DNA of 64,000 bases, taken from the NCBI RefSeq assembly GCF_001194135.2, contig NC_068984.1:128556757-128620756 (forward strand), read 5' to 3'. The notes beneath the pieces were generated by a model that made no database searches, was not told the DNA's origin, and saw only the letters and a program-made list of their open reading frames with translations. The position numbers and the translations under genes were made by a program. Positions within the stretch are counted from its first letter, which is position 1; each line of letters begins with the position of its first letter. Positions 1 through 13,435 of this stretch are shown here, in pieces. Source of the stretch: Octopus bimaculoides. Taxonomy: Eukaryota.

Positions 1-429
1 AATATTGGTCTGCTCTCTTAGTCAGCGGGTGGTGTCATTTGAAGGCTAAAACAATGCGAAGCGCATTGTGACTAGCGATGTGTAACAACATCCGATAGTC
101 TTGTCAATACTGAGATACCTTGATGTATGTATGTATGCATACATATATGAGTGAATAAACAAAAGAAGGTAGCATTATAAAACGCTTTAGCTGTAATCCA
201 CTACAAAACATTCAGTTGTTATTCAATATAATATTGAAACAAATGTAGTTGTTATCCCACAGTATCAATAATTTCATGGCCTCATATAATACGTACAAGG
301 ATAGTTGTTTATCTGCTGTTGATGAATTATTATGCTATACTAGTATCTGATTTCAAATCCCATCGCAGTCAGTTTTTACTTTTTATGCTTCCGAGGCCGA
401 CAGAATAAAGTACCAAGGAATTTATTACT

Positions 430-775
430 TTCTTCCTTCCTTACTTTCTGAAGCATTTCGCTCCCCATGAAGCATAAGGTCATTGACAATTTTTCTCCAC
501 TGTTCTTAGCTCTGAACCGCTTATTCTGCTTCTTTCCACTTGGATCCCTACTTTTTCGGCTCTGAAATGGGCAGATTCTCAGCTGATAAGAGCTTCACCA
601 TCTGAGCCACCTATACTGTCTTTCTCGTTTCATATATCGTCTTGATGTTCCTTGCCGGAAGGCCTTCCTCTCCCGAATCTTCTTGGCTTTGAATTGTTGT
701 AGATGCTTCAGTATCTTTAGTTTTTTTCTGGGTAGGGATGTTGGCCTTAAACAAACCAACCTTTACCTCTGGTAA
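430..775 (-). mobile_element. Decayed RTE-type LINE 3' fragment
   Basis: Minus translation includes KPRRFGRGRPSG..., resembling the RxRGRP C-terminal motif of RTE reverse transcriptases. Multiple stops. Confidence 0.45.
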
Positions 776-1169
776 GAAGTGGTCCAACAAGGATCTTGTG
801 CTCTGATAGAATAGCCCTCAGAGTAATTGAGGTACACAAACTACCTCACCACAATAAGGATTGGCTCTTTTGGTTGTTACTACGGTCGACTGAATTGACT
901 GTATCCTCGCCTCGAAAGCCACCTTAATAGCATTCTAGCTCGCTCTTCGTCCATATCCCAGCCACCGAGCAAAGAAATGAATGTATTGGAGCCCCTACCT
1001 ACACAAGCACAGCATAAACAAGTTCGCATTAAGTCCCTAAGCCTGAGGGGGCCCGGGTAATGACCTAGTGCGCCTATAACTGAAAATGGCATTGCTCGCT
1101 CTAAATTTTTGAGCCTCTGCTATAAATAAATACTCTGGAAATAACCATTAGTTTTAAGCAGATCTTTAA

Positions 1170-1319
1170 TAATTGTATCGTTAAAAAGTTAGGTTCGCAA
1201 CCAAGTGGTTTCTGGTTCAGTTCCACTACGCAGCGTCTGAGGCACGTGTCTTCCACTATAATTCCGGGCGGACTAATGCTTTGTTAAGTGAATATGGTAG
1301 ATGATGATTGTATGGAAGC

Positions 1320-1366
<47 letters not shown>

Positions 1367-1375
1367 GTGCGTGTG

Positions 1376-1407
<32 letters not shown>

Positions 1408-1505
1408 TGTGTGTGTGTGTTTCCTCACTGGGTTAGATTTGTTCGATTAATCACTTCAAGACTGTGTTCCAGCATGGCCACAGTCCAATGACTGAAACAA
1501 GTAAA
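1170..1505 (+). mobile_element. SINE family B (tRNA-like head, CORE-like segment, internal (TG)n), degenerate copy
   Basis: Similar to copies at 30250-30672 and 42215-42640; ends in cagtccaatgactgaaacaagtaaaaga. Confidence 0.7.
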
Positions 1506-2099
1506 AGAAAACTAATCGTCATATTTAATTTGACTTCATGAAATTACATTCTTTTCAATCAGTTCTTGTGACAGACATTTTGAACATAATCTTTGTTGTC
1601 CAATATTAAAACTAATCGCACGATGCTAACTGGCTTCATAATACAAAACGAAGTTTTAGCTAAATACTTCAACTTAATAGTATTTGGTATTGTTATGGTA
1701 TCAACTGGTTTAAACCTAATATCTCCCAACAATAAGGAGAGTCCGAACTTTCTTTTTGATTGCTATTTCAATTAATTTTCCTCTGGTAAGAACATTTAAT
1801 ACACACGGCTCTATAGAATTAAAATAAAAGATGAAGAAAATGAGGTCTGCATTTTAGAAACAGTTTCATCATATGTTCATAAGCTCCTGTAGCTGCGAGG
1901 ATTTCTGTATGTAAGAAAGCTTTTGTAATATCAAGATGATCTCCTAGTATATGTCGTCCGATTATTATGTCTTTACAAGAGAATAGGCTGACACTTTTCT
2001 TTAATGAACGGATTACTTATATTACAAATCAATATATGCTTAATAATATTGACCAGAAAATAATTGTAAATCAACAAAGGATCAGTAATATCGACTATT

Positions 2100-2105
2100 T
2101 TTAAT
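2100..2105 (-). terminator. Candidate polyadenylation signal ATTAAA of the inhibitor gene
   Basis: About 165 nt after the stop, followed on the minus strand by a U/GU-rich tract (tttgttgattt) roughly 25-35 nt downstream. Confidence 0.45.
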
Positions 2106-2268
2106 AATGCAAAAAATACACAAATGGACATTGAAAGATGGATATAAAAATTTACCTCAGAGTATTAAAGAGCGCAAGGAAATAATGCAAATAAAAATAA
2201 TAATATGCTTATGGAAAATTCAAGTAAATCGAAGTTATCAAATATTCATGTTTACATTGATTAGATTT

Positions 2269-2471
2269 TCAATTGCGAGTTTGATAATCATATACAGGTC
2301 CTCTTGAAGAACAGTAATTCAAGCAATCTCTCTTCGTATAGAAGTTATTACCGTTGCCACCACATCCACCATACTGGAACATACGACAAGTTCCATAAGT
2401 TCGGTCATAATAAAATCTGGTCATTTTAGCCAAACAGAAACCAGGCTCTGGCCGCATGGCACAATAATTAC
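2269..2471 (-). CDS. Terminal coding exon 6: Kunitz domain 2 (R)NYCAMRPEPGFCLAKMTRFYYDRTYGTCRMFQYGGCGGNGNNFYTKRDCLNYCSSRGPVYDYQTRN*
   Basis: Acceptor ttatttcattttatcgcag| (phase 1). Canonical FQYGGCGGNGNNF motif with six Cys. TGA at 2271-2269. Confidence 0.95.
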
Positions 2472-3089
2472 CTGCGATAAAATGAAATAAAATAAAATAA
2501 AATATCAAAATCATATTAGTTTTAGATTGTATCGCAAACGATTATTTTGTTCCAGTATTAAATAATCAAACCAGAAATCAATTTTCTAGACAAAATTTCC
2601 AATCTATTCAACAAATATAAAAGAGATATTGTAAATCAATCTCAACAGAGATGTTGCTAGATAAAATGCGATGCTGATAGCAAACTATCGATTTCATTAT
2701 TTTTTTTCCGATGTAAAAGTTGTTGTTAAAAGTTTTAACTTCACCTTATATATATATTTTGTAATGGCCTAGTCAGAGGAAGAAGAAAACTAACCATGAT
2801 CTTTTATGCAGAATCTCTAAGGATGGTGTAAGAAAAGGAAATTGAAAGCACGACACACAGGTTCTAATAGTAAGAAGCATAACTTCAGATACCGACGTAA
2901 GACCCGGTTCCCAAGCTTGTAACGAAGGGGATTTCGCTAAAACTACAGGAGGCTCAAGTGGTGGTGTTAAACCAGGCGATATTCAAATGGCATACATACA
3001 TGTATGCATACATACATACATACATACATACATACATGCATACGGATTCATACACTTATTGCAGCGGTCCTTCAGTTTCACTAAGCCCT

Positions 3090-3415
3090 GTAAAAGAATT
3101 CGGAAGGCTGGGCCCCCAACCAAGCCTTTCGCGACACCCTTAAAGCCAGAAACTTTTTTGCACCTTCTCATACATAAAAGACCTCCTTCGGTCACGAGTG
3201 ACCATGAGATTGCACCTAGAAAGTTTCCCTCCGAAGTACAAGTCCGGGAAAATTTGTTTGTGCAAGACCAGCAGTCGCCCATGCATACCAGTTGCCCACC
3301 TCTACGTCACAGATGCTGTCCAAAAAAAGGGCAATAGCCACTAGAACTTGGCACGAGTGACGTTGCAACTCATTTCTACAGCTAAGTGAAATGGAGCAAC
3401 GTGAAATAAAGTGTA
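3090..3415 (+). mobile_element. Retroposon fragment (family F; related pieces at 26475-26648 and 60340-60480)
   Basis: Shared motif ctggagcaacgtgaaat(a/g)aag...gctcaagaacacaac across the three loci. Confidence 0.55.
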
Positions 3416-4641
3416 AACATACATACATAGTCACTTATAAAAAAACAGAAGTAAAGAAAGCGAAAAAAACAAAAACAAAAACAAACAAACGTGTGGACGT
3501 AGCACAAGAAATTTATTAATAAGTCGTTCAGAGAAGGAAAAGAGTAGTAGGTTTACGTTTCGAGCATAGCTCTTCTTCGAAAACAGGAAGATCAAGAAAG
3601 CCCCAGAGGAAAGAGGAAAAAAAAAGTCGTCAACATTCACGTGCAGTTACATTTTTGAAGTAACCAGAAGTTGAAGGAACGAAGAGAAAGTGCCTTCTGG
3701 GACAGGAGAGTGTGAAAATGGTCAGTATGTGTGTGTGTGTGTGTGGTAGCATGTGTATGTAAGTAACTGCGCGCGTGTGTAAGTAACTGCGTATGTGTGT
3801 GTGTGGTAGCGTGTGTGTGGGTGTGTGGTAGGATCTGTGTGCGTGTGTTAATGTCGCTCTGAAAGGTCAGCAGCTATAGTGACAGGTGTGTGAGTGGGTG
3901 GGTGTGACAGTGTATGTGTTTGTGTTTGAATGCGTGCGTAGATGGAAGGGTCAATAATGAGTTAGAGGCAGATGCAGTCTGAAGAGGATGTGAGACTGGG
4001 TGGGTGTGGTTGTGTGTTTGTGTGTGTGTGTTGGCATGTGTGCTTAGACGGAGTGGGAATGTACATGTGTGTGTGTGTGTACACATGTGTATGAGTGCGT
4101 GTGTGTATCACTCTGTCTGTGTGTGTCTCTCTCTCTCTTGCTTTATATATATATGTGTGTGTGTGTACGTGTGTTCCTGTGCGAATGTGTGTGTGTGTGA
4201 GGAGATGTGTATGTGTGTGTGAGGAGATGTGTATGTGTGTGGGGGATGTATGTGTGTCTATATGCGTATGAGTGTGTGAAAGTGTATGTACGAGCGTGTA
4301 TATGTGTGCGTGCGTTGTGTGTGTGGAGAGCCATGCATGCATACATACATAGAAATAGAAAGACAGACAAAAGACATGCATTATATATTTATATACACAT
4401 ATATATGCATACACGCATACATGCTCTTATACATAGCTATATACATACATAAAGCATACACTCGCACACAAACATGCATACACACATGCACACTTATACA
4501 CGTATGAATATATGCATGCATACATACACATATACATCCATAAATGCACACTCATGCATACATACACGAACACATACAGAATGTGTATATTTCATATACA
4601 TATATTCCATTCAAAATCAGTCAAAAGATAACATTTATAGA

Positions 4642-5270
4642 AAACTAGCAGCTAAGCCTGGTTTCACCCGGTCGGTTTGGATGATGTGGCTGTAAAACCT
4701 GCTCTGTGTAAGCATTCGACTTGTTTGGGCACGCTTACGTTGAAAAACAATTTTAGAATGACTTTTTTCTGTCAAAACGCTAAAAATAACTGACCAACAA
4801 CAAAATAAAAGCAATCAAAATTCAACCAAATCAAAAAATAAACCCAAATACTAAGCGAACAATGATGAACCATCCCACTTCCATTGCACGCGCACACGCA
4901 CACACAAACACACTCACACACACACATTCACATACCCTCTTTTACATACACACACATATATTCACAAAGAGTTGAAACGCTGTTTGATTTCTTCAGCGTA
5001 CAATTTTCATCATCCCACTACCAAGTATGACATCACCCTTCCTTTCTTATTCATCTATCACCACTTCCTTTCTCATTCATAAACACAAGAGTATTATTAT
5101 AGTAGATTATCTTGGTAACCATGGGAGTTATGAAAAAAAAAAATACAAAGCCCAGCAACACCACCGGATCATTCTACACTTGTGTGTAATTTTTCGCGCA
5201 ATTCCACTCAGCCGTTTGACCGTGAATCCAAAGACAAGAAAGAATCGCCCATGTCAAATTTATATCTATA
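4642..5270 (+). mobile_element. Non-autonomous Helitron-like (HINE/Lep1-like) element
   Basis: Starts aaACTAGcagctaagcctgg and ends ...catgtcaaatttatatctatag. A related 3' end (catgtcaaattt...(GACA)n(CA)n...ttttatagat) is at 11738-11912. Confidence 0.45.
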
Positions 5271-5271
5271 G

Positions 5272-5849
5272 ACGGCACTGTCATGGTATTAGCTGTCAGA
5301 ATTGAAAGTAGAACTGACAAGGAACGTTACTGCTGGTTTGAGTTGATTCTTTGGCTACTGACTAGCCGGAGCTATCTATCTGTCTGTCTGTCTATCTATC
5401 TCACTCTCTCTCTATATCTATCTATCACTCGTTCACCTCTGTTTGTGTCCGTAGAATTTATCAAATTAGAAAACGCAAATTTAATAAAGAGAGCAGTGAA
5501 AATATGCAGAATGTTTCTAAAACATCAGTCAAACAAATCTTTCCTATTGTCATATNNNNNNNNNNCGCGGACGCGCGGACGCGCGACTGCGCGTTCGGGA
5601 CCACTCTGCTTTAGTAGTACCCTTATACTCTGTGTGTTTTCAAACGCATGGATATAGGTGTTAAATTTGTTCCAATAACTTTCGAGTGATAGATAGATAG
5701 ATAGAGAGAGAGACAGACAGACAGATAGCTCGCTCCGGCCAGTCATGGTATTAGCTGTCAGTAGCCAAAGAATCAACTCAAACCAGCAGTAACGTTCCTT
5801 CAGATTTTTCTACTTTCACTTCTGACAGCTAATACCATGACAGTGCCGT
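5272..5849. mobile_element. Foldback/MITE with ~160-bp inverted arms
   Basis: Arm 5272-5431 (acggcactgtcatggtattagctgtcag...) is the reverse complement of arm 5683-5849, including an internal (TCTA/TCTG)n tract. Confidence 0.85.
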
Positions 5850-8031
5850 ATAGACTACTCCGAAATCTGGAATTTTTCTATCCAGATTATAAATTTACAT
5901 TTGTATCGATAATCCTCAACTAAATATGTAAACAATAATCTTGGAAAGTTGATATAAAGATTTCGCAAATTTAATAAAGAGAGCAGTGAAAATATGCAGA
6001 ATGTTTCTAAAACATCAGTCAAACAAATCTTTCCTATTGTCATATACATTCCATTGAGGCGTTTTGTTTCTATCCTTTTCTTTATTGGAATACTTCAAAC
6101 AGTTAGAAAGCGAATATATATATATGTCTGGATCTTTCAGTCGGTTCAAACAATTCCAAGCATTTGAGTCATTGAACTTAATCCCCAGGCTGACTCAGTG
6201 TGACATTAGGCTCTCGAATCACACAGACAGTTTACCATATTGATATCTACGGATTTATAAGGGTTGGGACATAATAATATGGCAGCAGGTACTTGACCAA
6301 AGAACCACGCAACAGAATCAAATCCGGAACCTCGTGTGTCAACTTCTTAAAGTCAGTGCACATAAATGTGTATACAAGTATGTATGTATGTATGTATGTA
6401 TGTATGTATGTATGTATGTATGTATGTATGCATGTATGTATGTATGTATGTATGTATGTTTCATTTAATGAACACAGGAGCTAAACGTGGACTACTTCAA
6501 GTTTCAAGCTCGCTAAGTGCAGTCATCGAACCAGTTTGTATTGCGTTCCTTGCACGATTCGGCAATCGTTCAGGCTCATATGAGAGGGCTACTTCGTAAG
6601 GAAATGCAAGAAAGAGAAAACTGAGAAGAAAAAGTTAAGGGAAAAGGGGAATAAAGGCTATATATCTCATGCATATATGTATATATGCATTCATTTATGC
6701 ATGCAGACATGTATACACACATGCCTGTATAAACATACATGTAATGTCATTTACATATACTCATTCAATAACTACAGTCATGATATATATGTATTTATAT
6801 GTATCCTAGACCTGGGCTTCCTTCAAGTGAACACAAGCAAAATACCTCAGACACAATATGGCATATATTCACCTCTGCTATCTCAGCCTTTGCTGCAGCA
6901 ACTATTTCCGGATTATTCCCACAAGGATTACTTTACACGGATACTTACTACTGGAATGAAACTACACTCCAAGTACTGTTCTCTCTTTCTTTCTTTTTTT
7001 CAGCACATCACACTCACTTCATACTAAAACTCTCGCCTATGGATATAATAATCGATTCCTTTACTATTTCTGTCTCCGATGAAGGGAAGTACTGGATCTT
7101 CCCAGAAACAGCTGTAAGACTCTATCCATAAAATATATTTCCAACCTTACCATTGCTCTCTTTATCCTTTATATATATATATATATATATATATACTTAA
7201 AATATNNNNNNNNNNNNNNNNNNNNNNNNNNNNNNNNNNNNNNNNNNNNNNNNNNNNNNNNNNNNNNNNNNNNNNNNNNNNNNNNNNNNNNNNNNNNNNN
7301 NNNNNNNNNNNNNNNNNNNNNNNNNNNNNNNNNNNNNNNNNNNNNNNNNNNNNNNNNNNNNNNNNNNNNNNNNNNNNNNNNNNNNNNNNNNNNNNNNNNN
7401 NNNNNNNNNNNNNNNNNNNNNNNNNNNNNNNNNNNNNNNNNNNNNNNNNNNNNNNNNNNNNNNNNNNNNNNNNNNNNNNNNNNNNNNNNNNNNNNNNNNN
7501 NNNNNNNNNNNNNNNNNNNNNNNNNNNNNNNNNNNNNNNNNNNNNNNNNNNNNNNNNNNNNNNNNNNNNNNNNNNNNNNNNNNNNNNNNNNNNNNNNNNN
7601 NNNNNNNNNNNNNNNNNNNNNNNNNNNNNNNNNNNNNNNNNNNNNNNNNNNNNNNNNNNNNNNNNNNNNNNNNNNNNNNNNNNNNNNNNNNNNNNNNNNN
7701 NNNNNNNNNNNNNNNNNNNNNNNNNNNNNNNNNNNNNNNNNNNNNNNNNNNNNNNNNNNNNNNNNNNNNNNNNNNNNNNNNNNNNNNNNNNNTATATATA
7801 TATATATATATATATCTTTTCTTTCCTTTCCTGAGCGTCCAATAACACCGTACTTATTCCATGTCCTCACGATGTTTTTTCGTGTTTTTTCTTGCGTGTT
7901 CATGTTGAAATTGATTATATATATACACACATACATATATATACATGCACATATTTTCACATCATACATACATATCCACGCAAACGTGCATGTATACCTC
8001 ATATATACATGTGTACATTTATTCATACATA

Positions 8032-8081
<50 letters not shown>

Positions 8082-8155
8082 TGCATATACACATACATAA
8101 ATACTTATATACATATACACATATACATAATACACACACGTACATATACATGCAT

Positions 8156-8207
<52 letters not shown>

Positions 8208-8212
8208 GGGAG

Positions 8213-8372
8213 AATATACAAAAAATAACAACAGACGAGGACAGGTGGTGTAAATAAGAAAAGTATATATTAGTATGACGCTCGGGAATACGGAAAGTCT
8301 TTGACGTTTCGAGCTACGCTCTTCAACAGAAAGAATACGGAGACAAGGAGAAAAACACGGAGAAAAAAAATT
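8213..8372. mobile_element. Penelope-like terminal-repeat fragment, near-identical inverted copy at 63841-64000
   Basis: 2 mismatches in ~160 bp by manual alignment. Contains gaagagcgtagctcgaaacgtc, resembling Penelope-type termini. Confidence 0.7.
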
Positions 8373-8373
8373 G

Positions 8374-8409
<36 letters not shown>

Positions 8410-9683
8410 NNNNNNNNNNNNNNNNNNNNNNNNNNNNNNNNNNNNNNNNNNNNNNNNNNNNNNNNNNNNNNNNNNNNNNNNNNNNNNNNNNNNNNNNNNN
8501 NNNNNNNNNNNNNNNNNNNNNNNNNNNNNNNNNNNNNNNNNNNNNNNNNNNNNNNNNNNNNNNNNNNNNNNNNNNNNNNNNNNNNNNNNNNNNNNNNNNN
8601 NNNNNNNNNNNNNNNNNNNNNNNNNNNNNNNNNNNNNNNNNNNNNNNNNNNNNNNNNNNNNNNNNNNNNNNNNNNNNNNNNNNNNNNNNNNNNNNNNNNN
8701 NNNNNNNNNNNNNNNNNNNNNNNNNNNNNNNNNNNNNNNNNNNNNNNNNNNNNNNNNNNNNNNNNNNNNNNNNNNNNNNNNNNNNNNNNNNNNNNNNNNN
8801 NNNNNNNNNNNNNNNNNNNNNNNNNNNNNNNNNNNNNNNNNNNNNNNNNNNNNNNNNNNNNNNNNNNNNNNNNNNNNNNNNNNNNNNNNNNNNNNNNNNN
8901 NNNNNNNNNNNNNNNNNNNNNNNNNNNNNNNNNNNNNNNNNNNNNNNNNNNNNNNNNNNNNNNNNNNNNNNNNNNNNNNNNNNNNNNNNNNNNNNNNNNN
9001 NNNNNNNNNNNNNNNNNNNNNNNNNNNNNNNNNNNNNNNNNNNNNNNNNNNNNNNNNNNNNNNNNNNNNNNNNNNNNNNNNNNNNNNNNNNNNNNNNNNN
9101 NNNNNNNNNNNNNNNNNNNNNNNNNNNNNNNNNNNNNNNNNNNNNNNNNNNNNNNNNNNNNNNNNNNNNNNNNNNNNNNNNNNNNNNNNNNNNNNNNNNN
9201 NNNNNNNNNNNNNNNNNNNNNNNNNNNNNNNNNNNNNNNNNNNNNNNNNNNNNNNNNNNNNNNNNNNNCCTAACCCTAAAACTAACCCTAACTCTAGAAT
9301 CCGAACTCTAAAATTGTTACACACATAGATACGCACAGCGTAATTTATTATATAAACAATATATGCGTATAAATTACGATTAAACCGGATGAAATATGTC
9401 ACAGGGTATAACATTTTTATGACCGCTCAGCAGTAACTCTATTGAGCTGAATTGACGTCAGTGATTGGTTGAAATTACAGAAATACGACAACTTTAACAT
9501 GGAATAACTTGCGATGTACGTTTTTTTGTTAAGAAGACTAAGAGTAAAAGATGTCTTATATGACACATTCTACCAGTGTCCCAAGTTTCAAAGTGTTTCG
9601 TTAGTGTTTTGTTAAGAAAATACTGGTGCCCCCGTTTTGAAATAGATCCAGTTAGGCTATTATAACAGTCATATATACATATG

Positions 9684-9727
<44 letters not shown>

Positions 9728-10934
9728 CCTATACATATAAACATACGTATATATACATATGTACGCATACATACATAAGCACACATACGCATGCAACAGG
9801 CTGAATGTGGTATTGTCCTTTAATTGGAGTGGTTTTCAAAAAGATTTCTAACGTCGATTCTTCATTCTTTGCTGAGAGTTTACTGTTGTAAAATGGCGAA
9901 GATATGAAAAGTAGTATTAGAATATTAAGTGCATGATTAATTTATGGAATGAAGTTTTACAAACAAATCCAATCATATTTGTCAAAAATGGAGGAGATAA
10001 GATGTTAAAAAGTTGTAAGAAGTTTATTCATGCATACAGTTGTTTCGTGTATAGATATAAATTCATATTTGAATTTTAAAATGATCATAGTACTCATCAG
10101 TGCAGAGAGAAAATAATAATAGGAACTTAAAAAAAGAGCCAAAAATTTGGATCTATGAGTTCCATGCTTATCTGTTCCTATCTGTGTGCGATAGTGATGG
10201 GAATCATGTCAAATATTAAACCACAACTAACAGTTGAACGTTAGAGGATGATATAAATATAGAGATATCGATAACACTGTATAGATTAGTATAGATTTGC
10301 TAATTAAATCTCCATATATGCAGTATAGGGTGAATAAGTTAGAGAAATGTCCAATGAGAAAACGTTACCTAATGTAAATTAAATCTAACCGTTAGAAACA
10401 ATACTTGGTATTTTTTATAAATAATCATAAACAGATGGAGAAAGTTTAACGTTAAAAGATTTATGTTTGTAAAGCTTAGACTAGAAAGTTAATGGAGTCA
10501 TTTATGAAAATATAGGAGGAGTGGGAAGAATTAAAAAGAATGAACTGGAAGTAGATTAAGGACTCTTGTTTACTCAAGATCCGTATTAAGGTAACATGGA
10601 AGTATAATAAAGGAGAAGATGAGGATAAGTGGTAATTCAGATGGAAATATTACAATTAAGGTTGTATATACTCCCGAAGTCATTGTTAAGAATAGAGATA
10701 AGATAACATATTAGGAGATACAGGAAGAAGAGAAATATAGAAGCGATAAGGTAATAAATTAGAGAGGGTGAAAATGAAACGAAACTTGACTAGTGTAAGA
10801 GAGATAATAATAATAATAAGAAAAATAATAATAATGATCAAGTATTGGATGTAATGAGAGAAGTGAATGTTAAAAATAAAAGAAAGATAGATAAATGTAT
10901 TGAATGTGTAGGATAATGCTATAAAAGGACAAAC

Positions 10935-11072
10935 GTCGCCCTTTCAAAGCCTAGCCAGGCTCATGGGCCCGGTTTCTATGGCGTATGTGTTCCCCCCAGC
11001 TGGACGGGACGCCAGTCCATCGCAGCGTTACTCAAGAAACAGGAAGAAAGAGTGAGAGAAAGTTGGGGGCAC
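10935..11072 (+). mobile_element. Interspersed repeat family D (inverted copy at 29480-29605)
   Basis: aaacgtcgccctttcaaagcctagccagg...ccccccagctggacg matches the reverse complement of 29480-29605. Confidence 0.75.
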
Positions 11073-11866
11073 TCACTCTCTCTCTCTCTCACACACACAC
11101 ACAATCTTTCATACACACGTACATACATATGTATACATCTATNNNNNNNNNNNNNNNNNNNNNNNNNNNNNNNNNNNNNNNNNNNNNNNNNNNNNNNNNN
11201 NNNNNNNNNNNNNNNNNNNNNNNNNNNNNNNNNNNNNNNNNNNNNNNNNNNNNNNNNNNNNNNNNNNNNNNNNNNNNNNNNNNNNNNNNNNNNNNNNNNN
11301 NNNNNNNNNNNNNNNNNNNNNNNNNNNNNNNNNNNNNNNNNNNNNNNNNNNNNNNNNNNNNNNNNNNNNNNNNNNNNNNNNNNNNNNNNNNNNNNNNNNN
11401 NNNNNNNNNNNNNNNNNNNNNNNNNNNNNNNNNNNNNNNNNNNNNNNNNNNNNNNNNNNNNNNNNNNNNNNNNNNNNNNNNNNNNNNNNNNNNNNNNNNN
11501 NNNNNNNNNNNNNNNNNNNNNNNNNNNNNNNNNNNNNNNNNNNNNNNNNNNNNNNNNNNNNNNNNNNNNNNNNNNNNNNNNNNNNNNNNNNNNNNNNNNN
11601 NNNNNNNNNNNNNNNNNNNNNNNNNNNNNNNNNNNNNNNNNNNNNNNNNNNNNNNNNNNNNNNNNNNNNNNNNNNNNNNNNNNNNNNNNNNNNNNNNNNN
11701 NNNNNNNNNNNNNNNNNNNNNNNNNNNNNNNNNNNNNATATTAGCAAGGACCAAAATTTGACCCCCTTAGAACCTTCTCCGACTAAGGAAAAACCTTCAT
11801 GTCAAATTTGGAATAGATTATCCAGCAGTTTGGCCGTGCATAGAGGAAACACAGACAGACAGACAG

Positions 11867-11897
<31 letters not shown>

Positions 11898-11921
11898 GAA
11901 TTTTATAGATATGGATATATA

Positions 11922-12590
11922 TACGATGGGCTTCTTTCACTTTCCGGCTACCAAATCCACTTACAAGGCCGTGGTTGGTCCAAGGCTATAGTAGAAGACA
12001 CATGCCCAAGGTGCCACGCAGTGGGACTGAACCCGGAACCATGTGAATAGGAAGCAAGCTTCTTATAACACATTGTTAATTTTTTTCGACCTCTAGAGTA
12101 ATATGGGATTTATGAAAAGAAAGCTTTATATAACCCAGAACATATAAAACAAACGATTGCAGCATGGAAAACCTTTTTTTGTCATTCAAAAACACACAGA
12201 AACCATTGACTTTACTTAAATATTTATCTTTCATCTTTTGTATTTTACTTGTTTCATTAGAGTGCGACCATGCTGGGGCACCGTCTTGAAGAACTTATAG
12301 TCGAATGTGTCGATCCCAGTACTTTCTTTATGCTTGGCATTTATTCTATCGGGTCTTTTACCGAACCGCTAGATTACGGGGACATAAACACATCAACACC
12401 GGTTGTCAAGCGGTGGGACAGACACACACATATACGACAGGCTTCTTTCAGTTACTGTTTATCAAATCCACTCACAAGGCTTTGGTCTGCCCGAGGCTAT
12501 ATAGCAGAAGACACTTTCCTAAGGTGCCACACAGCGGGACTGAACCAGGAACCAAGTAGTTGGGAAGCAAGCTTCTTACCACACAACCTC
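11922..12590 (-). mobile_element. Two SINE family B copies (head half 11922-12072; near-full copy 12235-12590)
   Basis: Shared ccaaatccactcacaaggc...gacacttgcccaaggtgccacgcagtgggactgaacccggaacc block. Confidence 0.85.
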
Positions 12591-13209
12591 TTATTTGTAA
12601 TATGGTGTCAACATTTTCGTCGCTCGAAACTGCGACCTGCTCACCAACAAAAAAATCGTGCCGCACAATTTTAGATCAAAACTCTTGCCATGCAAGTACA
12701 ACTTAAACAAAGGCTAACTAAAAGTCTGGAAACTAGCATGGACTTTTAGAACAAATTTAAGGAAACGTTTCGGACAGAGAAAAGGTTAATCCTACGTAAC
12801 TTAAACAATGAAATTTGCAAATTTCGGAAAAAGTTTGTATTATAAGCTGAGGTGGGAGAAATCGATTTTTCAAGTCCTACATCGTATAGAACATATTTTA
12901 AAATTTAGATTTGAAAGTGGCGAGCTGGAAGAATCGTTACCGCGCCGGACAAAAAGCTTAGCGGTATTTCATCCGTCTTTACGGTCTGCGTTCAAACTCC
13001 GCCGAGGTCCTCTTTGCCTGTCATTCTTTCGGGGTCAATGAAATAAGTACCAGTTGAACACTGGAGTCAATATAATCGACTTATCCTCTTCCTGAAATTG
13101 CTGGTCTAAAATTTGAAATCGATATTTAAGTTTGAAGAAGTGAATCACCGAATTCCTTTTCAATTTATTTTCTATCCAATCTTCCTTCTGTTAAGAATGT
13201 ACCTTCGCC

Positions 13210-13435
13210 GGCGAGCTGGCAGAATCGTTAACACGCCGGGCGAAATGCTTAGCAGTATTTCGTCTGCCGTTACGTTCTGAGTTCAAATTTCGCCGAGGTC
13301 GACTTTGCTTTTCATCCTTTCGGGGTCAATAAATTAAGTACCAGTTATGCACTGGGGTCGATGTAATCTACTTAATCCCTTTGTCTGTCCTTGTTTGTCT
13401 CTTCTATGTTTAGCTTCTTGTGGGCAATAAAGAAA
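13210..13435 (+). mobile_element. SINE family A (GGCGAGCTGGCAG head), full copy with 17-18 bp TSD
   Basis: tRNA-like A/B boxes (tggcagaatcgttaa / gagttcaaatt). Flanked by aagaatgtaccttcgcc at 13193-13209 and 13437-13453. An older copy lies at ~12915-13120. Confidence 0.92.

Noticed and set aside
2472-2514. Apparent signal peptide MILIFYFILFHFIA in front of Kunitz domain 2
   Set aside because: It is the translated T-rich polypyrimidine tract of the acceptor. The upstream exons supply the real N-terminus.
9269-9297. TAACCC-like hexamers next to a gap
   Set aside because: Only 3-4 degenerate units. Such motifs are common in DNA transposons and Helitrons; no evidence of a telomere.
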